Source: the human T2T-CHM13v2.0 reference genome, Homo sapiens
DNA length: 64,000 bases
NCBI RefSeq assembly: GCF_009914755.1
Contig: NC_060942.1
Reading direction: 5' to 3' (one strand)
Part shown: one piece after another, positions 40,442 to 57,272 of the stretch
How positions within the stretch are numbered: the stretch's first letter is position 1
How the letters are laid out: each line of letters opens with the position of its first letter
Position numbers and translations under genes: made by a program
Notes under the pieces: generated by a model
The model's database searches: none
Told to the model about the DNA's origin: nothing
What the model saw: the letters and a program-made list of their open reading frames with translations, nothing else

Positions 40442-41406
40442 TTTTTTTTTATTACTTTATTTTACATTCCAGGGTACATGTGCAGGATGGGCAGGTTTGT
40501 TACATAGGTAAATGTGTGTGGCATGGTGGTGTGCTGCACCTATCGACCCATCACCTAAGTATTAAGCCCAGCATGCATTAGCTATTTTCCTGATGCTCTT
40601 CCTCCCCTTAACCCCTCCCAGTCCCCAGAGTGTGCTGTTCCCCTCCCTGTGTCCATGTATTCTCATTGTTCAGCTCCCACTTGCAAGTGAGAACATGTGA
40701 TGTTTGGTTTTCTGTTCCTGCATTAGTTTACTGAGGATAATGGCTTCCAGCTCCATCCATGTCCCTGCAAAGGACATAATCTCATTCCTTTTTATGGCTG
40801 TATAGTATTCCATGGTGAATATTTACCACATTTTCTTTATCCAGTCTATCATTAAATGGGCATTTGGGTATTTGCTCTTGTGAATAGTGCTGCAGTGAAC
40901 ATGCATGTATCTTTATAATAGAATTATTCATATTCCTTTGGGTATATACCCAGTAATGGGATTGCTGGGTCAAACGTTATTATTTCTGGTTCTAGGTCTT
41001 TAAGGAATTGCCACACTCTCTTCCACAATGGTTGAACTAATTTACATTACCACCAACAGTGTAAAAGTGCTCCTATTTCTCTGCAGCCTCACCAGCATCT
41101 GTTGTTTCTTGACTTTTTAAAAATTGCCATTCTGACTGGCATGAGATGGTATCTCATTGTGGTTTTGATTTGCATTTCTCTAATGATCAGTGATGTTGAG
41201 CTTTTTTTCATGTTTCTTGGGCGCATGAATGTCTTCTTTCGAGAAGTGTCTGTTCATATCCTTTGCCCGCTTTTTAATGGGTTGGGTTTTTTTTCTTAAA
41301 AATTTGTTTAAGCTCCTTGTAGACTCTACATATTAGACCTTTGTCACATGGATAGTTTGCAAAAATTTTCTCCCATTCTGTAGGTTGTCTGTTCACTCTG
41401 ATGATA
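40442..41406 (-). mobile_element. 5'-truncated L1PA (about PA8-10)
   Basis: GGGTACATGTGCAGG...CATTAGCTAT 3'UTR and antisense ORF2 C-terminus. Confidence 0.95.
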
Positions 41407-42327
41407 CTTTATTTTGCTGAAAGCACCAGTTTTCGGAGGATTGACATATCAATTAAAATGAAAATATTTTTAAAAGAGAATAATAAGAGATAGACCATAA
41501 TCAAACTTGAAATTGCATGGGGGAATATCTGAGAGCCAAAGGAAGTAAGAAAAGAGTGAATTGGGGTGACATCAGGATACGAGAGAATAACGGCAGAGCA
41601 GAAATGCGGCAAAGTGAGAGGAAGACAGTAAAGAATGATGAAAGTCATCCTCTAGGCTGGGTTTCACTTTTCTAAAAACTTTCCTTTGAATAATTCACAC
41701 AGCACTCGACAGAGTGTCATTTTCGTTTTTAGACCACTTAATAAATATCGATTGTAATGGCAGAAAATGTAATTAAAAATTAAAATGCTATTATTCTTGA
41801 GATACTGAGCCTGGCTTCCAAATATTATTTGGTAAAATGTTCTCACAGTCTTGGACACAACTTCAGCATGACAGAGTGAAGCCTTCAATATCACTTGAAT
41901 AAATGCTGAACAGAATTGTAAAGTAGAGTCACTAAAAGAACAAATTTCTCTCCATAGTGCATTTGCTTCTTTTACATGTATACTTTCAAGTAGGTATCAG
42001 AAGCCATCTTTTATATTTTAAAAGGCTCTCCTAGGAAATTTTCAGAAGAATCCAAATATCAACATATCCTCTAATTTTAATTCTTCCCCATTAGCAGCTT
42101 CTTTTGCTGTGATGGAAGCAAAGTTTTATGTATAGCTATTTTTTGTTTATGTTCTCAATTTGACTGTAAAGTAAATTTCAGTAAATTCGATATTTTTTAT
42201 TACTTCTCTTGATGAAATTGGAGGAGCATTTATTTGGGAAAATGCTATCAATATATAGATTTGCAAACTTTATGTGTAGCATGACAAGCTAAGGAGCTAC
42301 AGGCTGTTGCAAGCCAATGTCTTTTAA

Positions 42328-42635
<308 letters not shown>

Positions 42636-42639
42636 AAAT

Positions 42640-43650
42640 TTTTTTTTGTATTAAAAATGATACATGGTGATTCTAGAAAAATTGACAATGTGGAAGTTTT
42701 TTAAAAAGAAAACAGAAATCACCCACAATGAATATGGATAACCACTGGTAGCATTTTAGTTTATTTCCTTTTAGTTCTTCCTATTATATATGTAAATTTT
42801 TAATAAAATTGGGATCCTATTGCAGGTGCAGCTTTGTTTCCTGCTTTTTCCACTTTTTATTATGTCCTAATCATTACCTATATTATTAAATATTATTTAG
42901 AAGTGTGATTTTTCAGTGTCTGTATAATATTTTCTAGTATGGACTTATAATTAATTTAAATATAACTGTATTATTGGATATTTAGGTTGTTCCTAACTAT
43001 TTACTAAACAGATAAGGCGTTTCCTTTACATAAATATCTTTGCAGCACCTCTGAATATTTCTATAACATACATGTCTAGAAGTGGGATTATAGAGGCAGA
43101 CACTGTGGACATTTTAAAGACTTGTTAAACCAAATTTAGCCTAATGCTGCTTCCTTATATGTTTTAAGTTCCACCTAAAGGTTCTTCTGTACCTCGTGAA
43201 CTATAACCTAAGTGGAGTTATAAACAAACTGTAGCCTACTCTTGTGTCAATCACTGAGTTTTGGCTAATGAAATGTGGCCAACTGTTCAAAACGTGTTCA
43301 AATACAGCAAATGCCAATCTGTAACTAATCTGGCTGTTTCTGTACCTCACTTCTGCCTTCTGAACATCATTTTCTTTTTTCTGTTCATAAATCTTCTTCC
43401 ACCACGTGGCTGTGCAGGGGTCTCTGAGCCTCCTCTAGCTCGGGAGACTGCCTGATTCATGAATTGTTCTTTGCTCAATTAAACTGTTTTACATTTAATT
43501 CAGCTAAAGCTTTTCTTTTAACATACTCTTAACAGTTATGGCCAAATTGAATTCTATACAAGATGTCCTAATTGACTTTCCTACCAGCAGTTGATAAGGT
43601 GTCTATTTTACTGCACCCTTGCCATCAACACATATGATTTTTAAAATATT
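42640..43650 (-). mobile_element. Old L1ME-like fragment hosting MER57
   Basis: ATTGGATATTTAGGTTGTT...TCTAGAAGTGGGATT...CCTACCAGCAG...CACCCTTGCCA. Confidence 0.6.
43123..43523 (+). mobile_element. MER57 (ERV1) solo LTR
   Basis: TGTTAAA...TTTAGCCTAATGCTGC...CTGTTTCTGTACCTCACTTC...TTTTCTTTTAACA; 4-bp TSD (G/T)ACT. Confidence 0.9.
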
Positions 43651-43904
43651 TTTCAAGCCAGAGCCTCGAGATGGATCCAAGAATCAGAGCTTCAGAGATT
43701 CAGTGCCCATATCAGTGGGTCCAAATGAGGTTGTGAAGGGCACCTGAGAGAGCAAAACAGGCTGCAGACACAGAAAGATTTGAAATCATTCCCACAGGTA
43801 CTATAATATCCCGCATGTCCACTGAGTTGTTTCATGGGCCAGCAGGCTGATGTGTGCCTAGGTGTGCTGGGCTAGCCTAAAGGTGCAGAGCAGAGGTAGG
43901 CGCC

Positions 43905-44344
43905 TGTAGGAAAACAGCCTGCTGCATAGCAAGAGTGACGCCATCTTGAAGCGAAAGCACCATAATGACCCATGTTTGACTCCAGCACACCAAGGCGTTC
44001 CTGCGGCTAGGTCAAGAAACAATACCTGTAGCATAGATAACTCCTCACGAAGATGCTTATCTCACTTCCCCAGTGGTCTTAATTTTCGCAGGAGGATCTG
44101 AGACATGACCAGCTGCATGCTTTGCCCTAAAAACTTGCCATGGAAAGAATACTTCTTGGAGGGCCAGGGCAGGGATCCACTCTCTCAGGGCCACCAGAGA
44201 CATGGCTTCTACCATAAGTCCCTATTAAGTGTTTCTTTCGAAAAAAGTGGATTTATCGGCCTCCTTCTTTGGCCTCCTTCTTCAGCCTCCCAGCTCCCTC
44301 AGCCTTTTGGAGTAGGTTTGCACAGACCTGCTCCCTGCAGAACA
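43905..44344 (+). mobile_element. LTR47A-like solo LTR
   Basis: TGTAGGAAAACAGCC...GCCATCTTGAAGCGAAA...GTAGGTTTGCACAGACCTGCTC...GAACA; TSD GC(G/A)CC at 43900 and 44345. Confidence 0.85.
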
Positions 44345-44716
44345 GCACCACAGGCGTCTTTCTGACAGCTCTGCCTGATTTCTCTTTCCTCTTCCTTTTC
44401 TATAGGTCCTGTTGGCACAACCTACTGACAACCCTACAACAACCAAGGGCCTAGTCTCCCTTCTGTTTTAAGCCCATCAAGCAAGAACAAAAGGGATATA
44501 AACACTTCCTGTTCCATTGGAAGTAAGCCTGGAATGAAGTCCCAATTCCATGCCGAGGAACCAGTGAGCCCCAAAATAAAGCGATGTCTCCATATCACAT
44601 CTTGAATCACCTCCATTTCCAACCAGATTCAGAATCCAATGCTCAGGGATAAGGGAGAGCGTCCAGTAGTTTCCACTGGCCTCCCTTCCGTTTCTCCCTT
44701 ATTGTCTGTCCCTCCA

Positions 44717-46372
<1,656 letters not shown>

Positions 46373-47452
46373 AGCTCCCCATCCACCTTCACCTTACGTT
46401 GACTGCCCTATCAGTTTGAATTTCTGTCTAGGTTCCCTCTCCTCAGTTCTGATCACATTTCATATTCCAGGCCATTGCCTTTACAGCAACACTTCAATGT
46501 CAATGCGATTGCACTTGGCAAAAGATCATGTGCATGTCTTGGCTCTGCACAGCATCCTTCCCCGGGCTTGACTAGGCTGCAGTGACCCCCAGGTCTCTGG
46601 CTGAGTTCCTATCACTACAGAGAGCTCTTCCAAGACTCAGCCATTGCTTCCAAGTGTTGGGCTCTAGAATTTTTGACTAAATTTTAAAATAGTTGTACAA
46701 ATGTCATATCATATTTTTTCCCCAGAAGGAGCTGCCAACTGTATATTCTCTAGCCTTGGGAAATCTTACGTTTGATGCTTTAAATTTTTGAGAATGCTGA
46801 GTTCTGAACAGTGCATGATGAATTTGCCTTATATGAGTGTTTTTGAGATTGAGCAGAGTCTGCTTAGCCCACATATGCAAATACATGCTGGTGTGAAGTG
46901 GTAATTTATAAGACCGTTTTTTTGTTCCACTGGGCCAATATGGCTTTGTCAAATTATTCCAACTGTGAAGTCTCATGGGTCATGGTAAGAAATAATTTCT
47001 CTACTGACCACAGTTGAGAAATCCTAAAGAAATGAGGAAGATGGGCAGGAATAATCAGAGTTATCTCAATAGCCTCCTCCTCTGCATTAAATTTAGCAAA
47101 GATCATTGCTTTAGACAACCCAACCCTCTTTATTTGATTCTTTTTACACGGATTGATTTCCAAGATCATACATCCTCATGCTCAGCCCCAGAAAACTGAT
47201 TGCATTGGTGTTTTTAGAATTAATTTATGGGCCTCTAGGGGCCTTCAACACTGTCTCCTTTGCTCAGGTAACACAGGAACTGGCTGAGATTTTGCAGCAG
47301 ACAGATGTTGTCTGGAACGTAAAACAAAATGCCTATGCTACCAAACAAACGCAAGGTTTGAACAAACAGAACATACATTATTTTTACCATATGCATAGCA
47401 AGGGGGAACGAGGTAGCTTCGTCTAGCTTTGGGACCAGAAGCATTTTATTTT

Positions 47453-47762
<310 letters not shown>

Positions 47763-48684
47763 AGCATTTTATTTTTGTTTGAAATTACTATATTAGCTCA
47801 GAATCATTTACTTTTTAAGAATAGTGTATATGAATCACCTTAGAGATCAATTTGGAGCATAATTGAACATTTTGAATACATTTATGCCCCTTAGAGATAC
47901 TTGGTAGATACAAATTTAACTTCCTTTTTCCCTCAATCTAAAACTTCATAGAGAACCTGAAGACCAGAAGGAGGGTAAAGTGTTGCTAATTTTTATCTTG
48001 TCTTAGTAATTGAATTAAGATGAACAAATCTCAAAATGCACCACAAGCTGTAAGATAAATACCTAGGAGAATAGAGTTTCAAAAAGAGAATTCTTGCAAC
48101 AGCGTCGTTAAGAAAATTAGCCTGATTGTAAATATTACCTATTGAATCCGTCCTTATGTAACTTTGTTAATCACACAAACAGCCACACATCCATATTCAG
48201 AAGCTAAAAAGAGAAAACAGCATATGGCTGACAAAAGGCGTGTACCCAGTGCAAGATTTTTCAAAGAGCACGTTCCCAGCAAACACAATGTCCTGCTAGC
48301 AGTTCCAAAAGGCTTAAAGTAAGGCATCCTGGGGTCCAGGGCCAGGGAGCTGCAGGGATGGGCCCTCCACCTGCCTTGGCTGTCCAGGGTGGGAGGCCAC
48401 TGGCCTCTTTCCAACTTGCCCTGAATTCTTGCATCTTCCCTGGTTGCTCAGCTCCACTCAGCGTAGAGGTGGCTAACCCCAGGACCTGCTGACACTTGTC
48501 AAATACGTCACTACCTATTATTCATTCTCATAAGGGAGAAATTTCCAGCACTTATTGCAGGGATAGGAAGTTAACAAACTGGCAGGTGAATGAACCTGCT
48601 GATTACGTGCTAAAAATCAGTATTTTTTGTTCCTCTTCTCGCATTTCTCATCTTATACTGACATGATACAAGGGTATGTCAGGG

Positions 48685-48833
48685 AATGGGTTTTCCGCCA
48701 CTTCTCTGCCAGTTACAAACTGTGATTCAGAACCTGTCCCCTACACATATGAGAGCTTAGTTTCCTCTTTTGTGAAATGAAGAGGCAGGATTAAAGGATC
48801 CCTGGGGACCATCACAGCTCTAACAACTCAGGA
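48685..48833 (+). mobile_element. MIR3/MIRc fragment
   Basis: TTAGTTTCCTCTTTTGTGAAATGA...CAGCTCTAACAACTC. Confidence 0.6.
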
Positions 48834-49342
48834 ACTGGGGCTGCACTTCACACCTTAGAGGAGAATTCCTTTAGGGGGATTAAAAGCAGCCCAGACATGT
48901 GGTCTCTACAGTAAGAACAATGAAAATGCTTATTTCAGAACCCAAACCCCCCTCCTGATGAATTGTCACTCTCCTGTCAGGCCAGCACACAGCATTTTCA
49001 TAGGGCTCCTTCCTCCTTAGAGCACCTTCACTCCCTCATCCAATTACCTTTGCTTCATATCTAAGTTCAATTAAAATAATTAAAGCAGCTAGCAGATAGT
49101 TGATGGGGAGGAAAGACATGGACAATTTCCTGGAAGAATTCTTTAAGGGGCAATATAAAAGACCAAGGACTGTGAAAAGTAGAATTTTTCTTACTGGAAT
49201 TCCCCCGTCTGGGAGCCCATGCACTTCCCAGATGTTTCCCATGATTTTTATGGGTGCCACAAGGAAATTAACCAAGCAAGAATGCCCAGTTACTTCTCTA
49301 TGCAAACGAAGAGCAGCTCATGCAAAAATAGCCATACCCCAC

Positions 49343-49620
49343 TGTTCCAGTTATCTATGGCTGCCTAGAAAGCTAACCCAAAATATACTGGCTTCCAACA
49401 GCAACCTTTTATTTTATTTCCCAATTACGTGTATCAAGAATTCAGTCTGAGTGTGGCTGGGCGATTTGTCCATTCTACACGTCAGCCACAGAGGTCATTT
49501 AGTAACTGCTGGATGAACTGGTCTGGAGACCCCAAGATAGCTCATCCTGTGTGTCTGCTGCCTTGCCAGGGATGGCTGAAAGGCTGAGCTCACCTGGAGC
49601 ACCCGGGCTCTGGTGGCTTA
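49343..49620 (-). mobile_element. MLT1H-like LTR fragment
   Basis: TTCCAGTTATCTATGGCTGC...GGCTGGGCGATTT...GGGATGGCTGAAAGGCTGAGCTCA. Confidence 0.65.
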
Positions 49621-49725
49621 ACTCTAATAGTCAAATCCTATTTGAATTTTCTCTTTGCTACTTACCCCAACCTCTCCCTCCTTCTCCTCATTTTTCTTTT
49701 TGTATTTATAATGAATATTATGATG

Positions 49726-50057
49726 TCTATCCTAGTCTGCTTGGGCTGTATAACAAAAGTAGTATACCATGGGGGATGTAAGAGCAAACATCTATTTCTC
49801 ACAGTACTGGTGGTTGAGAAGTCCAAGATCAAGGTGCCAGCAGATTCGGTGTTTAATTTGAGCTTACCTCCAGATTTGCATCCTCACATATTTCAGAGAA
49901 AGGTCATCTCTCTAGTCTCTTCTTTATAAGGGCACTAATGTCATCAGAAGACTCTGCTCTTATGCCCAAAGGCCCCAGCTCCTAATACCATCACACTGGG
50001 GATTAGGCTCCAACATGTGAATGAGGGGCAGATGGTACAAACATTCAGGCCACAGCA
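49726..50057 (-). mobile_element. MLT1A-like solo LTR
   Basis: GAAGTCCAAGATCAAGGTGCCAGCAGATTCGGTGT...TAATACCATCACACTGGGGATTAGG. Confidence 0.85.
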
Positions 50058-50310
50058 GGTGTTCTTTTTATCACAAAGTACTACATGCTTACTGTAGAGA
50101 ATTAAAAATAAAGAAAATACAAGGAAGAAAATGACTCATACTGCCACAATCTAGAAATAACCACAAGTAACGTCTTTCCATTCTTTCTTCTGTGTCATGT
50201 ACTTAGATTTCAAGTTTAGATGATATTTAGTTCATGTCTTGCTTTTAAAATAAACAATCAATGACTATTTTCTTAAGTGATCAAATATCCCTTGCAAACA
50301 CTGTCATTAC

Positions 50311-50625
50311 TATTATTATTATTATTTTGAGATAGGATCTTGCTGTGCCACCCAGGCTGGAGTGCAGTGGCACCAGCATGGCTCACCACAGCCTTGAACT
50401 CCTGGACTCAAGTGTTTTCTCCACCTCAGCCTCCTGAGTAGCTGGAACTTTATAGGTGCATGTCACCATGCCCAATTAGTTATTTAAATTTTTACTAGAG
50501 ACAAGGTCTTGCTACATTGCTGGTGCTGAACTCCTGGACTGGTGCTGAACTCCTGGACTCAAGCGATCCTCCTGCCTCAACCTCCCAAAATGCTGGGATT
50601 ACAGGCATGAGCCATCATGCCCAGC
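50311..50625 (-). mobile_element. AluJ with a 19-bp internal duplication
   Basis: (TTA)n tail, antisense dimer. Confidence 0.92.
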
Positions 50626-50999
50626 TGCAAATGTTATTTTTTAATGCTCACATACTACTTCATTACATGGAATGCCATAATTTATTTATCAATTTCCTAA
50701 TTGTAGTACACTTAGATTGTTTTCAAGTTCTGGCTTGGGTAAGTAATACTCTGAACACTTACACATCAACTTTTGTTCGCATTTTAAATTATTTCTTTAA
50801 GGGAGATTCTGACAAGTAGAATTCCTGGATGAATCCTCTCACCTTGAAAGTCTTCCTTCCTTTGACTTGTGAGTCACTTTTCCTCCAGGATCCCATTATC
50901 TCAGATAAATGCTTCCTAACATAAGCCTTCATGTTTTCTTCTGCATATGGCTGGTTGTTAAAGCCATGGAACCTGGTAAGATGTGCCAAGAGGGTTTAA

Positions 51000-51480
51000 A
51001 ACTCTAAAAAAGGCAAGAAAAAGATGGTTTTCAAATGGCAAAAATGTGTTTATAATAAACCCAAAGAAGTAAATACAAAAGTTAGTAAAGACTAAAAGTT
51101 CAATAAAATGTCTGGTTATGAGAGCTATCTCCAAATTTCAGTTCCATACCAAAAAAAAGAAAATATAATTAAAATATGATGATGTTTTTAAAAGCAGGCA
51201 AAAATATAAAATGCTTGGGAACTGACCTAATGCAACTGGAGCAAAGTACCATGTTCCTTAAAGGAGAGAGAAATACAGTAAACATGATAATTCTCTCCAG
51301 TTACATGTCAGAGTTTTAACACTATTCCAGTTAAAATTCTAATCGCTTACTTTATCGAACTTAATATAATAAATCTAAAATTCATTCAGAAAAATAAGGA
51401 GAATATTGATGCAAAGAACAGTGAGATACAACTAGCTTTACCTGAAATTGATTTTATTATAATACTGAAGTTGGCAAAAT
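51000..51480 (+). mobile_element. Very old L1M ORF2-like fragment
   Basis: A-rich; AATATAAAATGCTTGGGAACTGACCTAA...CTAAAATTCAT motifs. Confidence 0.5.
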
Positions 51481-52748
51481 GATATGATTGGTGAACATTT
51501 TGTAAGTAATGGAAGTACTTGCAAAGAAAAGCTCTCGGGGGTCATTTTTAACAAACTCAGATCTGGAGAGAGCCTATTCTATTTGTCCCTCTTAAATAAG
51601 AAAACATGTTATTTCATGATCTGGAAAGTTCTGGATATTGTCATACCTCTGGGTCCTGGGGAGGCATAGCTACTCACTTTCAGGCAAGTGGGGTATATAC
51701 AAAATGGATAAAAACCTTCCTGTGGACCTTCCCTCTGGTGGTGGGAAATCCTGTTTAACTCAGGTAGCAGCATCTAAAGCAGTGTTGGTGACTAGCTCAG
51801 TGTTCGAGGCTTTGAGTTCCAAGACAAAGTGGCCGCTATCCCCCAGGAAAAGGTGGAGATTAGCAAAGAGGTTGTAGAACATTTCTTAGGAGCTCAGGAA
51901 GGTAGAAAACAGGGATCTGTCTGTGGATAACAAGGTGGGCCTCAGAGGAAAGTCATGCAACTGGAGTTCAAGTTTACAATGTTTCTACATTATGCCTCTT
52001 AAGAGATTTCAGGGGTAACCATGAACCTCAAGGACAGCTCTGGTGGTAGAGCTATGGCTGGAAGAGGAGCTGGCCATCACTAACCAAGACCGTCAAAGAA
52101 GCCACAGGCCTACCGGTTGTCTTCCTGGAGAATTTGAGGGCAGGTGAGTGCCAGGTTTTTGGGAACCAGGTTGGATCACACCTAGGTTGATCCCAGCAAT
52201 AACCTGTGCCTACCAGAGGGCAGAACATCACTCTTTACCTATTTTCTTTACTGTTTCAAAAGGGAGAGAAAAGGGGAGAAAACACACTCTATACCCTTCC
52301 CCATCACAACAGACATCTTTAAAAAAGGAACAGCTTCACCTGTAAGCATAGCACATATTTTAGGAGACCTACATTTCTTCACGTGTCAGATGCATTCTTA
52401 ACACTGTGTGTGCAAACACATTTTTATAAGAGGGCATTTTCTTTTAAATACACACAGAAGAGCTGACTATATAAGGGAACGCTATGGTGAAACCATTTGT
52501 AAAGCAAATAATCACTTCCTGAATAAATCTGTCTCTAAGTCTGGATTTTCATATTTTATATCAGATTTGACTAAAGGAAGTGCTCTCTACAAATGTATCC
52601 TCTGTCCAAATTAGAATTTATCTGTATCCATGCAACCTTCAGAATATAATTTCCATAATAAGTCACCAAATGCACATGACAGTCCAACTCCATCAATAAC
52701 TTTACCTCTTTTTTGCCTTTTATTCATACTTTAGAATATACAGGTATC

Positions 52749-53116
52749 TGTCTTGGTTAGTCCAGGCTGCTATAACAAAGTACCACAGTCTGGGTGGCTT
52801 ATAAACAACAGAAAATTATTTCTTACAGTGCCAGAGGCTAGGAAGTCCAAAACCAGGTGCCAGCATGGTTGGTTTCTTGTGACAGCCACTTTTCAAGTTA
52901 CAGACTGCCAATTTCTTGTTGGATCCTCACGTGGCAAGAAAGAGAGTTAACAGAGCTCTCGGGGGTCATTTTCATAAGGGCACTAATCCCATTCATGAGG
53001 GTTTTACCCTCATGTCCTAATCACCTCCCAAAGGCCCCACCTCCTAATACCATCACCTTGGCAGTCAGGACTTCAACATATGAGTTATAGGAATGCAAGC
53101 ATTCGGTCTATAGTAA
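52749..53116 (-). mobile_element. MLT1A solo LTR
   Basis: GGCTGCTATAACAAAGTACCACAGTCTGGGTGGCTTATAAACAACAGAAA...CCTCCTAATACCATCACCTTGG. Confidence 0.9.
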
Positions 53117-53487
53117 TATCTTATTATACAGAGAGTTATGTTTTGCTTCTTTGTAAAACCTTAGGACTTCATCCACAAAAGAAGGATGCAAATGGCCATT
53201 AATATGTGAAAAGAAGCTCAGTCTCACTAGTAATCAGAAAATGCAAATTAGCCAAAACCATGTACGAGTTTTACTCATCATACTAGCAAGATATTCATAA
53301 TATCAAATATTGAACAAGCTATGCAGAAAATGTATAAATTGTAACAGACTTTTTTGAAGGACAGTTTGACAGTATTGGTAAATGTTTTAAATACACATAC
53401 CTTCTGACCCAGCAATTTCACTTCTATGAATTTTCCCTACAAACATGCTTGTGCAGGTGCACAAAGATGCAAGTATAAGCTTGCTCA

Positions 53488-53991
<504 letters not shown>

Positions 53992-54057
53992 TTACAGTCT
54001 ATCTGGTTTATCAAAAAAAATGAAAAATCAAAACACTAAAATTATATAAGAAATACA

Positions 54058-54395
<338 letters not shown>

Positions 54396-55344
54396 TTAAA
54401 TGTAAACACATATTAAGAGGCTGATAGGAATATGTCTTAAAATGCTAAGTGGTTAATCTTTGAAGACTGAGTGGAATGAAAGAAGTAGAACTATACTTTT
54501 TAATTCCATCTTTTATATTGCTTGATTTCTCATAAAGGGCCTATATTTATGTCACAGTATATAATTGCATAAATTTTAATTTATACAAAATTTAGGACAT
54601 TTGTTATATAATATGTAAAAGGGGAAAAATCACTACTAAAATACATGCTTAGTGATATACATACTAGGTGGAAAATACTAGAAACCCTCTCCTTGCACCT
54701 GATTCTTTCTCATTATTGTAGGAAAGCTAATCTTCAGTTCTGGGAACCTTGCAGGAATTCTGTGCACTAAAGTTCCCAGGGAAAGAGAATGCTCTTTTTC
54801 ATCTTTACTGTTCCACTACCTTAAGAAAAATGAGCCCCAGAGGATTGTACTCTTGCATACCTGGGGAGGCTTCCTGCCAACTGAGCAGGGTTTCCAGGTA
54901 AGAAAGGGCATTGGCTGGATGTAGGAGAGGGCAGAGAGCTTGTCTCTACTAGAACCCTCAAATGGTGTTGGGGAAACTGTTCAGTAGGCTGGACATGGGT
55001 TAAAGAGAGAATCATTGGCTTTTTTACTTCTTCATCCCCCTTTCCAATTTCCTTCCTACTTTGCAGTCCATCGATTTCCAACTTCTCCCTGTTCTTTCCC
55101 ATGCCCAGTTTTCTCACAAACTCAAAGTGAAAGCCTTGCCCAGCCAAGCCTTGTGCTCGAGGACCTACCTTCCCCACCCTCCCCTCCATCATTTTTCTTC
55201 CCTCATTTACTACTAGTGTAAAGGGATTTCCTATAAGGGTGCTCTAGCTAATCTAACAAGCCAATTCATGCTTAGATGTACTGATTTGAGCAGAGACAGC
55301 CTCCCATACCTCCACCTCCATATTTACTTAAGAATCACCTTTGG

Positions 55345-56086
<742 letters not shown>

Positions 56087-56497
56087 ACAGCCTTGGCATT
56101 AAGGTATTAGAAACATGGAGAGTGAGAATCTAAAGCAATAGACCTGCCCCACATGCTGGAATTGGGGTGTTCTCTGGGATGACCTGGCTATCCCTGAGAT
56201 CCTATCAGAGAAGGAGAGAATCTGCTCCACCTTTCAAGTCATGTGATAGCAGAAAGACCACTTTCCAAGGACCAAACTCACAACCAAGTTCCTACATTTC
56301 AAGGTCAAGTCTTTTTTCTTGGGGCATATCAGTCTCATCACTTCTTCAATGAAGAGGATTAGGCCAGATAATCACTTCTAGCTCTGATGTCCCATCATTT
56401 TATTATTTTTTTTTAATCTGTTTTCTTCCTGACAGCATAGGAAGGATCATTTAGCCATTAGACCATTTAGCATAGGAAAGACCATTTGCTGTGGGAG

Positions 56498-56615
56498 GGA
56501 GTATAGTGTAATGGTTAACTACCTAGGTTCAAATCCCATGCCTTCCCTTACTAGCTATGTGTCTTGGGCAGGTTCTTTGACCTCTCTGAATTTCAGCTGC
56601 CCCATCTATATAATG
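56498..56615 (+). mobile_element. MIR fragment
   Basis: GGTTCAAATCCC...CTTACTAGCTATGTGTCTTGGGCAGG...ACCTCTCTG. Confidence 0.7.
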
Positions 56616-56951
56616 CAGCTGAGAAAGTCATCCACTTCCTGAAACTGTGGAGAGCTGAAAGACAGAAGGAACGTATCGCAGCATCTAGAACCAAAGAAAA
56701 TCTCTGTGCTCTTGGATACAGCAGTAAGGATACACATCTCAGGGTTGAATCACTTTAAATAGTTATACTTAGATAATATTTCACCACTTATAAAAGTAGG
56801 CACACAAGCCCAAGTTCATTAGATTCCTTAAATAACACTTTGAGGATGTGGGCAGGCATGAGCATCTCCATGACATGAGTAAGATAACCAAAGCCTAGGG
56901 TGTTAGCTAGGGTCAAATACTGGGAGGTTGTGAAGCCAGAACACAGAAATG

Positions 56952-57040
56952 TCATTCATTGTTCATTTATTCAAAACATGTGAGGGCCCGCTTTCTGTTG
57001 GACACTGTGCTACGTATAGGAGTAGAAAGATGAGTAAGGC
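56952..57040 (-). mobile_element. L2 3'-end fragment
   Basis: TCATTCATT...CATTTATTCAAAACAT...CACTGTGCTA. Confidence 0.55.
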
Positions 57041-57094
57041 CAGGTTAGAGGAGGAGGTAACAGTTTCCCATGGCAGAGCTACAAGGGTAAGCCT

Positions 57095-57272
57095 GTTACA
57101 GTGCAAGAGCTAGACTTTGGAGTCACCTGTCCCCTACCTGAATCCTGGATCCAGCACTTAGTAGGGTATTACTGGGGCAAGTTACTAACAGCTCACTGCC
57201 TCAGTTTCCCCATCTTTAAGGTGCAGACATGATGTTTACTTGAGGCTCAGCAATGCAGGAGTGTTGTGAGAC
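57095..57272 (+). mobile_element. MIR fragment
   Basis: GACTTTGGAGTCA...GGGCAAGTTACTAAC...TGCCTCAGTTTCCCCATCT. Confidence 0.75.

Noticed and set aside
52210-52223. CTCF-like CTACCAGAGGGCAG (and a weaker one near 33915)
   Set aside because: Mismatch at a conserved core position; isolated motif hits are expected by chance.
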